Source: Tubiluchus corallicola
Lineage: Eukaryota; Animalia; Priapulida
Direction of reading: 5' to 3'
Assembly (NCBI GenBank): GCA_030141605.1
Contig: JAQGDQ010000734.1
Coordinates: forward strand, 1-64,000
DNA length: 64,000 bases
Both the position numbers and the translations under genes were made by a program. This document shows positions 1-14,750 of this stretch, piece by piece (the first letter of the stretch is position 1; each line of letters opens with the position of its first letter). Below the pieces are notes generated by a model, which did no database searches, was not told where the DNA came from, and saw only the letters and a list, made by a program, of their open reading frames with translations.

Positions 1-919
1 TTTTTTATAGAAATGACGTATAAAACGCTACAATATTTTGTTGGAATATGGCAGTCATTGATTGTAGTACATTAGGCAATGTCATATTTTGAAGCACAAG
101 AAAACATTGTTCGTAAATAAAGCTTAAAGAATTCGTCTTGCAATTTGTGTCATCTTATTGTATACAGAGATTGTGTTAATAGTTAACTCTCGCGATGACT
201 GTTAGGTGCAGCCATGTTAAAGGTGTCGTTTAAAACAAGTTTACATAGCATTGCATAAAGGGAAAAAAATTATCAGAGCATTACAAATGCGTCCATTTCA
301 CTAACTAAGCAAAGGCATAAATTACTGTATCTTGTCAGTAATATTTAAAATACGCTTTTTGATGAGTCAGTGATACATGCTGGGAAGGTGAGTCAGTGTA
401 GATATTACAATTTGTCCGAACATTTCAAATTACGGAGAATTTTTTCTAGTTACGCAAATCTTTCAGCAGGTAAACGTAAAATGTTAAGTAATATAACTTT
501 GAGTGAAGAGTTTTTTGGGCCACACTTTAAAATTGCCTTCTCTTCTCCTTTAACACACTAGAAGGAAAATTACAAAATGATTGATTTACAAAAGAACCAC
601 ATTATTGCGCCTGCATGTTTTAATAATGAAACTAGGGTAATATAAGGTTATTATATAAACTGCAGACAGCTGCTACCGCGTGTCCTAGACATTAATGGCT
701 AGGTCGTAAATCGCACTGCATGCCGGGATATGATGTAGGCTCTCGTTAATGTGTCTCGTTAATTATCGTTTATGGCGAGTTTGTGATCTATTGCCGTTAT
801 TTAACGTTTTGCTCACAAGTAAATGTAACCGTTGTGAAAGTAAATTCATTTTCACATTTCATTTATTTTAGTATTTCATGCGTTCAGAAAAACTTTCTTA
901 CCTAACCACTGAATCCGGT

Positions 920-1425
920 CAAAAGCTTGTCTTGGATACGCCTTTTTTACTGCTGCATTGCAATGTCATGTTTGATTGGTGTGAAACTCGGACTTGGATA
1001 CGCCTCCTGTAATGCTGAATAGCAGTGTCATATGTGTTTGGGGTGAAACTCAGTTTTGGATACGCCTTCTCTACTATTGTAATGCAGTGTCACGCTTGAT
1101 TTGTGTGAAGCTCGGTCTTAGATACGCCTTGTCTGCTGTTGTATTGCAGTGTCACGTTTGATTGGTGTGAAGCCCGCTCTTAGATACGCCTTCTCTGCTG
1201 TTGTATTTCAGTGTCACATTTCATTGGTGTTCAGCCCGGTTTTAGATACGCCTTCTCTGCTGTTGTATTTCAGTGTCACATTTGACTGGTGTGAAACTCA
1301 GACTTGGATTCGCCTTCTCTACTATTGTATTTCAGTGTCACATTTGATTGGTCTGCAGCCCGGTCTTAGATACGCCTTCTCTACTATTGTATTTCAGTGT
1401 CACATTTGATTGGTGTGAAGCCCGG
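920..1425. repeat. 62-bp minisatellite, about 8 copies
   Basis: gatacgcctt (or a one-base variant) recurs at 1121, 1183, 1245, 1307, 1369. Confidence 0.9.
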
Positions 1426-1789
1426 TAATGTGGACATTAGTGATGCATAATGGCTTCACTGATGAGAGGTTACGTAACCTCCGTGAATTAATGTTGGCTT
1501 GGGTTAATTAGACTCATCCTTTTCCCGGCTTCCTCAGTAACTTGCCCTGACTAGGAGAAGCTGTGTAAACTGTTGTTTCGATGTTCAAATGCGACAGTTG
1601 TGTAATTTTCGTGTTAGTTTGCAATTTACTTTTTATTTTTTGTTTGTTTGTTTGCTTCAGTTGTAAGTTGTTGTTGCATAAACAAGATACTGACTTCAAT
1701 GCAGTACATAGTTAATTTCATATAAAGGTTTAGAAACGTTGGTGATTGTTTGCTTTGGCTCTCTTGAATTCTAAAGCAACTAATATATT

Positions 1790-1900
1790 CTGCATTGTGA
1801 CTATAACTGGTGTTCCCCAAGGGTCTGTAATTGCTCTCACGTTATTTCTGCTGCTATTCATCAACGACCTGCCAGAGTCTGTGCTCTCTAAGCGCCCATC
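1790..1900 (+). mobile_element. Non-LTR retrotransposon reverse-transcriptase fragment (CR1/L2/Jockey group)
   Basis: TGVPQGSVIALTLFLLLFINDLPE matches the GVPQGS...FINDL RT motif. Confidence 0.8.
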
Positions 1901-3869
1901 TGTGTTAATGATACTTCACTTAGCATGCTATATTAGTCGTACCTTCACTTTTTATTGTAACTCCTAGCTGTGTTTGTTGGAGTGATCTATACTAGTTTGT
2001 TTAAAGTGCAGTTTTGCGCCAACTGAATAACTGATAGTGCTGTGTACTGTGTACGCACGCGTACACAACTCCTTTAATTGTGGATTTCCTATTGTGTTTC
2101 ATTTTAACATTTGTGCTTTTACTGTTGGATTATTGTACATCCCCAAAATGACGTCAGTTGTAACTGTATTCTCCACTCTGTTGTTAGGGCCTAAGTGAAT
2201 TATTCGGAAATGCAAGAAAGTTGTTAGTAAACTTTTTCTTTTAGATTGGAATAAAATTCTACCTGGAGACAATTTTTCTCATGGGGCATTTCTCATTGAA
2301 GCTGCTTCCTCAGCGTGTATCGTGTATGCACTGACTGACTGACTGACTGAGTTTTTCACTTAGTCTGAGTTGCTGAGAAGTTGGGCCATAGAGAGTATAG
2401 GAGTTTTCCAAAATTGTAGCACTCAGTTTATGTTTAATGTAAAGTGAATGTTTCAGCTTTCGTTCATGGAACGTGTCTGACATTTTTTAGATTTTGTCAG
2501 ACGCGTTAACCTTGCTTACATCATTTCTATGGGAGGAATTTTTTGCCCTTGTGTTTTACAGACCTTAAGACAAGTCGTTGTAGCCCTGGAACCTTCTCAT
2601 GGGACGTCTATTAATCACATCATATCAATGTGGCTGCAGCAACGTTTTCTATATAGGCTGTTTTCACGTTTGGCAAGGTCTCGCGATACCATGAATTTGC
2701 CATCTGTGAACCATGAGGACCGTTTGTGGAAACTTTGCGGCGGAATTTTCTTCATTTGAAGTTGGACCGACGTCCATTTAATTATTCACAGCCAAACCCC
2801 GGGCGAAGTGTTGCCATGGTTACGCAGCATCCAAGATGAATTAGAATGGCCGTGTTCTTCCTCTTGAATGAATTGATTTTCGGATGGATTATGCAGTAAG
2901 GTCGTGACTACAATGTTGATGATGTTTGCTATCTGTTGTTCTTTCTTTTTGCCTCGAAGGTGATGCATAGATCTGGGTGGGTAGGGTGGCTCCGTGTTTT
3001 TTCTATCCGGAAAGGTATTCTAAATTTGAAAATCATCGGCTCGTACTCTGCCTATAGTTAGACTTGGCAGTGTTAATCTTTTCGAGCGACAGTTATTCTT
3101 TCACGAATTTTGATGCAATTTTTTGTGATTTATCGACACCTGGATGTCCAGGGTATTTGTATTGTTGCGTCATCGACCCAGAATTCCCCGCGCGCGTTGA
3201 ATTATTGCTGATTACAGAAGCTGTTGTACATGCAGACATGTAGGCTAATTTTATTTTCGTCTGCCAACTTCTCGGCTATGAGCTGCTGATTCGAGGCAGA
3301 ATTTGATGGAATGTACACTGCAGTGCATTGTAGCGCATTGTTCACTCAGGTCACACTGCACAGTTTAGCCTACAGTACATTAATTAATTAATCCATGGAT
3401 GAATGAATGAATATAAGGATAGAAAAATTAATTGAACAAAAAAACGAAAGAAATTTGTGCGTGGAGATGAGTCAGTTCCCATGTTTTATTTGTGACACCA
3501 TATTATATTCTGTACTTAGCGGTGGAGTATAAGTAGTGCCAAGTTTGGTCAGTAAACGATGGGTGACTGGTCGGAAAATTATTTCTGCAGGTTCTCTTCC
3601 AGGTTCCTCACTGTACGAATATATAGTCTGCATTATTGATTGTATGATTGATTAACTGCTTGACTGAGATGCCTGAATGGATGAATAACAAGGCTGACTG
3701 ACTGCATGCCCATCAATTGCATGCTGCACATACGATTCTTGACTGACTGAATTTTTGTTGGGCTAGTTGAATAAAGAACGAACGAACAAGCAAACGAATG
3801 AATGATTGGAGTCATTTTGTTAGAAATGATTTTTTCACCCTTATTTATAATCTCTTGTATATTCTGATC

Positions 3870-4465
<596 letters not shown>

Positions 4466-5374
4466 GACAACACCGAGAATGATTTGTTTAATTTGTCTGT
4501 GGTTTACAGTTGATTGATGAATGCAGGGCTCGGCTGTATAGCTGCTATTACTTTAAATCCGATTATCCGACGATATGTCGGATCCAGTTCAGCGCTCACG
4601 TGACAGAACAACATGCTGGGAGAATTCATGTTCTTCTAGAGTCCGGGGGGGGGTTAATAGTGCAGTAGAGTGTAACTGTAGTAACCGTGAGAGCAGTGAG
4701 GTGTGACTGCTAGTAAGGCACAGATGACATAAGCTGGTGTCGAGAATTTTGCTCTTTGCTTTAAAGAGACGACTTTAAAGGGTAGCAGGTTGCACTACTT
4801 CATCATTTTTGTCAGTAGATGTCGCCACCCTGTGCAAAATGCTATAGCAGTGTTTACACGTTCTTTTCAAGATTGTTTTGTTGTCATTTAAAGTACATAC
4901 AAACATGCTATAGAAATAAAAATAGAAAACTCTATTTACAATAATTTCATGATTCAAAACGTCAGTGAATTTTAAAAAAGCGACTTTTGTAATTTGCGAA
5001 GGCTTATTTAGCCCTTACTTGTCCCCTGAAATTCTGCAACAGTCAGTTAAAATGCAGTAAATCTGATATCAAATCGGTCATCAATAAGAAGCGGTGATGC
5101 ACAGTGGGTAGATGAAATGCATAAAATACTTTGTTGAGATGAAATACACTTATGTGGGAAGCTGCATCAATAGCTTGTTTAATTCTAGATGTATGTTTTA
5201 AAGCATCGATTGAATGCGCTTTGAACAGACGACGATAATTTATTCCAAACAACAGCGCCTTAATGCCTAGTAAATTACAGATTTACGAGATTTATGCATT
5301 TAGTAAGATGATTATCGTTTAACGATTCTCTTGTTTCACAAGAATGTCATTCTCTCTTTAGAAACAAAAAAGAT

Positions 5375-5945
5375 ATTTGATTGTAAATTTTTAGTGTAAC
5401 TTTTGGTTTGATAGTAAATTATTAGTGTTAACTGTGCGCTTGATAGTAAATTGTGAGTATGCAGTTAGTTTGCTTACTATGCAGTCAGTTTGATTGTAAA
5501 TCACTAGTATCGACCCTTGGTTTCATAGTAAATTATGAGTACTGACTGTTGTTGTGATAGTAAATTACTAGTATTAACTGTTAGTTTGATTCTAAATTAT
5601 TAGTGTACAGTTAGTTTGTTTACTATACAGTTATTTTGATAGTAAAGCGTTAGTATTAACTGTTGGTTTGATATTAAATTATTACTGTTAACTGTTAATT
5701 TGATAGTAAATTATTAGTGTACAGTCAGTTTACTTACTATACAGTTATTTTGATAGTGAAGCATTAGTATTAACTGTTGGTTTGATATTAAATTATTAGT
5801 GTTAACTATTAATTTGATAGTAAATTATTAGTATTGACTGTTGGTTTGATATTAAATTATTAGTTTTAAGTATTAGTTTGATAGTAAATTATTAGTGTCA
5901 GTTTTCTTACTATTCAGTTAGTATTAACTGTTGATTTGATAGTAA
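5375..5945. repeat. Degenerate AT-rich tandem repeat
   Basis: Recurring tttgatagtaaattattagt. Confidence 0.8.
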
Positions 5946-7093
5946 TTAATACTCAACTATCTTACAACGCAAGCTGATGTGAAAGAGAATTAAAAACAGC
6001 TTATTGTAATAGCCGATAAGTTTGCACATCTTACAATGATTTGAAATAAATGCATCACTATTCACCAGCCGTAACTAATCGAGCGATGGTGCCTACAGAA
6101 AACTTTGCTGCCCATTAGGATACGGATCACGATTTTCGATATTTTTGAAAATGGAAAAGCGACTGAAGCGTATAGTAAACGCGCTGGCGTCATCGTACCA
6201 GGCGCAGCTAACCGATCTTTACCAGGGGTTGAATCTACGAAGCCATGTGCTACGGTAGGCTTCTTTGGTCTATATTACGTGATAAGGTGATACGGTGAAT
6301 AACGATGAGAGTTGAAAGTCAATAAGAACGTTGATGTTACCAGGAAACTCGTATTTGCACAAACAGTACCTACATTTGCTGCATCAATCATAAGAGCACG
6401 TAGCAAAAAGCAGGACGGTTAATAAAGGAGGGCGTTCTTATGTTATTGTAGCTGTGTTTGTTGAACTGTAATCTTTCAGTTCGTAATAATATGATAGTAA
6501 TATGGGATAACTAATCCCACTTTACATTGCAGAATGAATGAACATGAAGTAGTATCTGTAATGTTTTATATTTCTTGTGTGGTATCTGTAATGTTTTATG
6601 TTTGTGGTGTTTATTTGGACCTATATATATATGCAAGACGCAAAAAGCAGGATTTTTTATTTATACATCGAAGTAATCGTCTATGATCTGTGTTTTATTC
6701 AGATTTAACTAGATACAGAACAACTGCTTATAAATGCATTTTTTTCCTTTTGACCACCTATCTGAGGAATTCATTACAAGATGTTGTTTTGCTGTTAATG
6801 ACGAACAACCGCTTCAAGAAAATTTGGTAATGAACTTGATTCCATCAAGTGGTTTCCAAAATTGTGGTTTTCTGATTCTGTTGTTATCTTCCTACTTTAA
6901 CCCTTATCCCAAGTCACCCACCGGTCCTCAGAAAATGTTACCAATAGAGTTTTTGCTCGTTTTATTTTCATCGTTGATGAAAATATCAACGCGTGGGTTT
7001 GTTTGTGTGATAGAAAATGTGTTTCTCTTTTTGTTAGCAAGAGAGTCTGCTTACCAACATTCTTAACTGAGTTCCTGTGATCTGGCATTATGC

Positions 7094-8356
7094 TTACTTT
7101 GTAAACTAATGATGTCATCTCGCGACTTTGTAAACTAATGATGTCATCTCGCGACTTTGTAAACTAATGATGTCATCTCGCTACTTTGCAAACTAATGAT
7201 GTCATCTCGCTACTTTGTAAACTAATGATGTCGTCTCGCTACTTTGCAAACTAATGATGTCATCTCGCTACTTTGCAAACTAATGATGTCATCTCGCTAC
7301 TTTGTAAACTAATGATGTTATCTCGCTACTTTGTAAACTAATGATGTCATCTCGCTACTTTGTAAACTAATGATGTCATCTCGCTACTTTGCAAACTAAT
7401 GATGTCATCTCGCTACTTTGCAAACTAATGATGTCATCTCGCTACTTTGTAAACTAATGATGTTATCTCGCTACTTTGTAAACTAATGATGTCATCTCGC
7501 TACTTTGCAAACTAATGATGTCATCTCGCTACTTTGTAAACTAATGATGTCATCTCGCTACTTTGTAAACTAATGATGTCATCTTGCTACTTTGTAAACT
7601 AATGATGTCATCTCGCTACTTTGTAAACTAATGATGTCATCTCGCTACTTTGTAAACTAATGATGTCATCTCGCTACTTTGTAAACTAATGATGTCATCT
7701 CGCTACTTTGTAAACTAATGATGTCATCTCGCTACTTTGTAAACTAATGATGTCATCTCGCTACTTTGTAAACTAATGATGTCATCTCGCTACTTTGTAA
7801 ACTAATGAAAACTAATGATGTCATCTCGCTACTTTGTAAACTAATGATGTCATCATCTCGCTACTTTGTAAACTAATGATGTCATCTCGCTACTTTGTAA
7901 ACTAATGATGTCATCTCGCTACTTTGTAAACTAATGATGTCATCTCGCTACTTTGCAAACTAATGATGTCATCTCGCTACTTTGTAAACTAATGATGTCA
8001 TCTCGCTACTTTGTAAACTAATGATGTCATCTCGCTACTTTGCAAACTAATGATGTCATCTCGCTACTTTGTAAACTAATGATGTCATCTCGCTACTTTG
8101 TAAACTAATGATGTCATCTCGCTACTTTGTAAACTAATGATGTCATCTCGCTACTTGAAACTAATGATGTCATCTCGCTACTTTGAACTAATGATGTCAT
8201 CTCGCTACTTTGTAAACTAATGATGTCATCTCGCTACTTTGTAAACTAATGATGTCATCTCGCTACTTTGTAAACTAATGATGTTATCTCGCTACTTTGT
8301 AAACTAATGATGTCATCTCGCTACTTTGCAAACTAATGATGTCATCTCGCTACTTG
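7094..8356. repeat. 29-bp minisatellite, about 43 copies
   Basis: tactttgtaaactaatgatgtcatctcgc. Confidence 0.97.
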
Positions 8357-9300
8357 CTTCTGTTCTCACGTGATAAGGCCAGGTTTACTACTAGCTATGT
8401 TGTTTACACTGTACACATATTAGCCACAGTTACTTTGTGGTTAGTGTGCAAAATCTTTGCTTAGCGCGCTTTATATTACCATCGGTATGTAATAAACCGT
8501 GGCGGAGATATTTGCCAGTATTTCTTCTGCAACATGGGAAATCTTTTTTAAAGATAATTAGGTTACTGCAGGAAAATGTTTTTAGATGTTTCGGTTGCTC
8601 GCTGTGTAAAACGCCTCATCTTACTGTAGAGGGTTTTGCGAATATTTTGGCTAATGCCTCACCTTTAGCAACCTCGTAATGGATCCACCATCTGTTGAAT
8701 TCCCCGCGGGGCCCTAATCTATACGTAGCGATGAGTTCTACCGGGTGCTTTGCTTTTCTGTTGATTGACTACTGGAATATGATGACACACCAGACAGTTG
8801 TAATCGCAACATTACTCTACCAGGCGCAGTCAGTCAATCACGCAATAGTATTTGGACAAGATGACATGTAATCATATCAAGGTGAAGTAGGGTTTATTTT
8901 GGATGAACGGCGTAACTGTAGTTTATTGTTTGATAAATGATGAAAGAATGAGGATAACGGGACTGGGATTTGGTACTGATGCTGTGCGCTGTAATAATAA
9001 ATACTTATTAGTAATGATATATGCTGATCTCTAAGTGACTGTTATTACTACTGAGTACTATAGCAGTGCAAAGCTGTTTTTCTGTCAAGACAAAAGAAAA
9101 ATTACTACATTGTGCGTTGAATTTTTTATACACAATTTCTTTTTCCTGTCTTTACATGAAATATATTAGTTATGAAAAACAGGTGAAGAGGTTGCCTACT
9201 GATTAATTGCAATGATTAATTGTGTCAGTAGATTTTATGATACCTGCATTTTTATCACTTTACATCTGGCAACAAATTTAAAAACAGACGTCTAATCTGT

Positions 9301-9721
9301 AGTTAAAAACAACACAGCTTACATTAAAAACTTACATTAAAAAGCTAAAATCATGTCAAACGTTTCGACAGGCTGTTGCTGTCATCATCAGTGGTAAATT
9401 TACAAGCATAGAATCAGTTTATATAGGCAGAGCCTATTATACACTAGTTAAGTAACCAACGAGAGGCAAATAGGTAAATACATAATTAATTGGTCTTTTT
9501 AAATTTGATACGTATTTGGCTTCTGTTGACTACTTAATTCTGTAATGTATATTGTATACTGTATATTGTAATGTATATTGGCAGAGCCTATATAATTCTA
9601 ATAAACTGCTTGTATATTTGTAAATTTACCACTGATGATGACAGCAGCAGCTTGTCGAAACGTTTGACATGATTTCTACATTTTATAGCAAAAAGCTTTA
9701 ATAAAGTTGTTGTTTTTAACT
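9301..9721. mobile_element. Palindromic element with inverted hammerhead-like cores (Penelope-like derived?)
   Basis: Arms 9349-9422 and 9601-9674 are near-perfect reverse complements; CTGATGA-stem-GAAAC at 9632-9661. Confidence 0.6.
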
Positions 9722-10470
9722 AAAAGTCTAATTAGTAGAACGCGATCTTTCTATGTTGATTAGGAAATTTGTTCCATAATTGTTCCAACATGGTATTATC
9801 GGAGGAAGGTAGACATTTTTCAAGCTTCTTGATGAGTTTATTACTGTTTTTGTACTCCTTTGTTATAAATTTATCCACGATCACTTCTAGTCTTATGCAT
9901 AGGTTACGTATCTGAAGTTTCCATTAAGAGATATTCTTCCAGCAGCCTCCTATCCATGAACCAACCAAATCCATCAGCTTTGATAAACCAAGTTTTACTC
10001 TATGACATTTGTAATGTAACAAATTGATTCGGGATAGGCTTCAGGCACTTGAGAAAATATAAAAACATTGCTCTAATAGTTAGTTTTGTTCTTAATAGGG
10101 CCTATTATGAACTGCTGTTATTTGTTTGTATTGATAATCAAGCAGCCCTTTAATTAAGTTACTTCAAATGCTTGTATGCTCATTTACTACTAGTACTTTT
10201 TGGATTGATTGCGCCTGGTTGGTGATGAGGATAGAGAACTGGATGCTGCGCACGGCAGTTGCTATGTGGTGAGTCATCGAGTGTGTGCGCGTATGTAGTG
10301 TGTGCTTAGCATAATGATACAATGTGAAAATTACGAACATTGGCAGTCATATTGTCATTAATTAAGCTTGCTGCATTGTGCATTAGTAACGGATGAGAGT
10401 CAATTACTTTTGACCAAGTTCCTTCAGTTTGCGGTATGTAGAAATTCTTTGCCCTCGTTCTCTGTCTGTT

Positions 10471-10473
<3 letters not shown>

Positions 10474-10530
<57 letters not shown>

Positions 10531-10582
10531 TTCTCTCCCTCTCCTCTCTCTCCCCCTCTCTGCCTCTCTCTCTCTCACTCTA

Positions 10583-10640
<58 letters not shown>
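10474..10640. repeat. (CT)n microsatellite
   Basis: Direct reading. Confidence 0.95.
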
Positions 10641-10643
<3 letters not shown>

Positions 10644-13600
10644 ATTGCACCTTTGCTTTTATCTCTCCCACTTTCCCATGCATTTTTCCATCTTGCTGGC
10701 CTAGTGTCTTTCTCAAGAGTTTGTTTTATTTTTACCTTTTTTATCATTTTCCTCTTGATCGCATCTTCTTTTTAACTCTTCCTGCAATTCTTTCATTTCC
10801 ACTCGTTTTCGTGGTTTTTCTTTTTTCAAGTTTAGCCGAAAGTCCAGCTTTGCTGCCCCCACAAAGCAGTTGTTGTCTCCCCCCTCCCAAACAATACACA
10901 CTCGTACACCCCCCCCCCTCCTCGCACACAAACACGCTGTCGCTTTTCGCTGCATTTAATTTAGTGTGTAAGCCGAGCATTTCCATTGCCTAAAGCTCCT
11001 CTAATCTTCACAAACGCTGGTTCATACGTTCGTATAGAGACGTTGTTTCCAGGTTATTACTGTAATGTATGCCTTCGAAGATTAAACAAGGTTTACCAAC
11101 GGCTCACGCGTTCTATACTACGGTTCTCATTTCTGTAAATACGATGCGTCATTTTGCTGCAGGAAATCACACACAGATTCAGCCTTTTGGTCGAGCATTG
11201 TTTACAGTCTACTGTAGAAGTGTACGAACTGAACCAGGCATGAGCAATACATAATTTAGCTGTTCAGAATTGGATTTAAATAACTGCATAGGGAATAGTT
11301 GCTTATTCGTTTAGGCGTATTATTTAGTGTAGTTAGAATTAAATTTTAAAACTGCCTGAATGAATGACTGGTTGGCTGTTCGATTAGCTGACCGACCGAC
11401 CCACTGGTTGACTGACTGACTCACTAACAGAGGGGTGACTTCTGGTTGACTAGCTTGTATGTTGCATAATGTTATCGTTTCTCTCTCTTTGCATAGAGAG
11501 CGAGTCGCATATTTTTAACAAAGGCGTTTTCTTTGTAACAGCAGTATAACAGGCGTAATAATCTCAATTTCTGTAAACGAAGCCAGTTTTTGCTCTTCAA
11601 GACATTTCCGCCGGCTTCATTTAGCGCAGCGGAGATGAGACTGTGCATTTGGCTTCATTGCAGTGAGACAGTGAAAAGTTTTAGTTGAATAAAATTACAC
11701 AGATGATGCTCAGTTTGTAATAATATACATTCCAGGGGAGATGTGAGAATCTTGTGTTTTTCAGTAAATGTGTGATGTCATTCTGCATGTTCCATATCGA
11801 AAGTGAGACGTTTACATGCTTATACTATTGCGTGCGCTCAAATGTACTGATTTATCACTAGAATTTTTATATAAGACTATAGAGTGATATCCAAAATTTA
11901 CTTGGCTATATTCTGTCAATTGATCAATTTGATAGGGTTGGGTGTCCTGCATCCGCAAAATTTTGAGTTCGTATCTTGGTTGGCTTACAGTTTTGAACCA
12001 CGTTCCTGCTTCATTAAATTGGGTTAGGTTCAGTTCAGTTAGGTTAACTATTGTGAGGATGTATCTCATGGGATACTGGACTTTGAGGTCTCGATGACCT
12101 TGATGAACTTTGCTGTTATTGGTCATATTGCAAGTAATAAGCATCTGTTGTTTGGGAAAGTAATGAGTATTTACTAGTTCAACAGCTACAGGTGGTTTTG
12201 GGTTTCTTTCTGAGAAAAAAAAACACATTTTTGTAGCTCGACACAGCTTTATACTGCTCCTTACATAGTAGTGTCAAAACCATGTATCACGGATCTTTTT
12301 ATCTGTCATCATAAATAATTTTATGTTTCTGGTGGTGACGAAATTCTAGCACCTTAGTGTGTCTGGAGCCGCATCTTATTAGATGCTGCTTATAACAATG
12401 ACTCCTGCACAGGCTAATAAGCATAAGCCACACTGCCACAGATCATGTTAATAGAATGGTTTCCGGGTAGGCGCGTTTACGTCCTTGTCACACAAGTAAT
12501 TTGCTAGTGTAATTTAATTTGCGACAGGTGTACGGGATGGTTTGGTCCAGGTGTTGTTGTTGCTGCTGTAGTTACAGCTATGGCAGTCACATCCACCTGT
12601 CCTGTGTTGCTGCTGTAGTTACAATTAGGACATTGTGACAGTCACATCCACCTGTCCCGTGTTACTGCTGTTGTAACAGCTAGGACATTGTGACATTGTG
12701 AAACACCATATTTCATTAGAAATTGCATCAGGTGACTGGACTGTCATTATCTGCTGCCCTGGCTGTTTTATTGATCTAGTCAGGATAAGAACGATTCCTT
12801 CTTTCTCCCGTTCTTTTTGCTTCTAAGCAGTTGATATCCAGATAAACTTTCACTGGTTAGTAGATTCTTGGGGCTTTGTTCTAGTCCAGTAACTCCATTA
12901 AGTTGTGATCAGCATGGAGGTATTAATAACATAGAATTAATATGGCCTTAATGTTGCATATTGTCTGTATTTCCTCATAACAATCATTTGCTTTTGTGTA
13001 TCTTGAAATGATATTTACGGCTATTTGATAAATAAATGAGTTTTTGGCATTATCATTATCCTTACAGACTCTTAGTTCAGCTGCTCCGTACCCGTCACTG
13101 TTCACTTGTTTCAATGTTATAAAAGCGTTGTCTACGTGTATTGCTACTGTTGAGGAAAAAAACTAAAATCAAATGATTTTCTAGATTTTTCGACCAGTTC
13201 ATGATTATCTATAGCAATGGGTTCTTTTTGTTTGTGTTGCTGGTTTTCAGAAACTTGGAACTTTGATGTTACAGGTGCTGTCTCTCTTTCATCGTCCATT
13301 TAGCACCTTGAGGTTGAAGGTATTCTCTTCAGCTCAGATCTCTACGAGCAGGTGCAGTTTTTCCCTGTTTAACTTAAGTGTGTTTTCATAATGCTCAATA
13401 TGTTTGCTCCTATTGTCAGCTAGTATTTGGCCAACACTGGTTGTTTATTCTAGGCCTCTGAGGTTTTCACGTGCAACTTGTAGCCCTCTGTGATTGTCAG
13501 TGAAACGAGAAAAGCGTCTTTACTCATTTTTCAATTCAATTCAATTTTTTTATTTGGGTAACTAACATCATATAAAATACAAATACAGTAGTAAAATGAA

Positions 13601-14448
13601 ATTGAATACAATGGAATAAAAACTACAAAAAAAGTAAATATATGTATACGGGGTTAGTAAATTAAAAGCTTACTAAATTATGTAGATATTAAAAATTAAT
13701 AAATTATCTAATTATGTAGCTTAATAGACGCTAATTATGTAGTAATTCGTTCCATTTTACAAACAAGCAAGATTTGACAAGTCTATGTGAGTTAATAATA
13801 GCAGTCATAATACGATTGCCAGTATACAGTAGTAATAACCTATTTCGAAAGCTATAACATGATCTTCTGCGAATATGACTAAAATGTAGTAGATAGACGT
13901 TTACATACATGCTATAACTACTGCAATCGTAGATAGGTTTACACATCTGCTAGAAGTACTGCAATCGTATTTTTATTTGTTTTCTCGTTCATATTTGGCT
14001 GCATTCTATAGGACAGGTATTTAGGAAATATTACACTGCCGATATTACAAGGTCGTAGTATAACAATTTTTCGTCTTGTAAATAAATTGTGCCTGTATAG
14101 GCCAGGGTGTGTTTCCGGTGACCGGTAATAAAGTTACAGGAAAAAAGTTTCAAATCATATTTTTATTTTTAAAACGAAAATATTCTTCGGCAGACAGCAA
14201 TTTTGTTGATACTACGCGCCACTTGTTTACAGCATCATAGAACCCAAGCGCAAGTTAAACAAAACAACAACAACAAAATCAGGGTTACGATGAAACAAAC
14301 ACCTAATAGACAGATTGAAGCAAAAGGTAAGAGAGAGGAATTGTTATTGTGGTTAGTCTGGAGAAAATCCTTTATTAGCACCAATAAAATTTTGAACTAA
14401 GTTAACTACAATAACATTTTGATCATAATTAAGTAATGCATTACCATA

Positions 14449-14750
14449 CTTCTTCTTCTTCCCAGCTTTTCCCTATGCGGGGTCGCCGTTGTGAATGAGT
14501 CTTCTCCACGCATTCCTGTTGTTGACCATCTCTTCATTTATGTTCTTCTCTCTAAGGTCTCCGTTAATACATTCAAACCATCTCCGCTTGGGTCGTCCTC
14601 TTCTTCTATTTCCCAGCACTTCCATTTCCATGACCTCCCTTTCCACGTGATCTTCACCGACTCTTCTTTTCAGGTGTCCATACCATCGCAATCTTGCTTC
14701 TTGTATCTTTTTCGAGCTTTCCACTACTTTCAATGCATTCCCAGACAACG
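14449..14750 (-). mobile_element. RTE-clade LINE 3' fragment
   Basis: ARLRWYGHLKRR...RRRGRPKRRW...AWRRLI and a (GAA)n tail. Confidence 0.88.

Noticed and set aside
7094-8356. 29-bp repeat as a possible CRISPR array
   Set aside because: Head-to-tail units with no unique spacers; eukaryotic context with no cas genes
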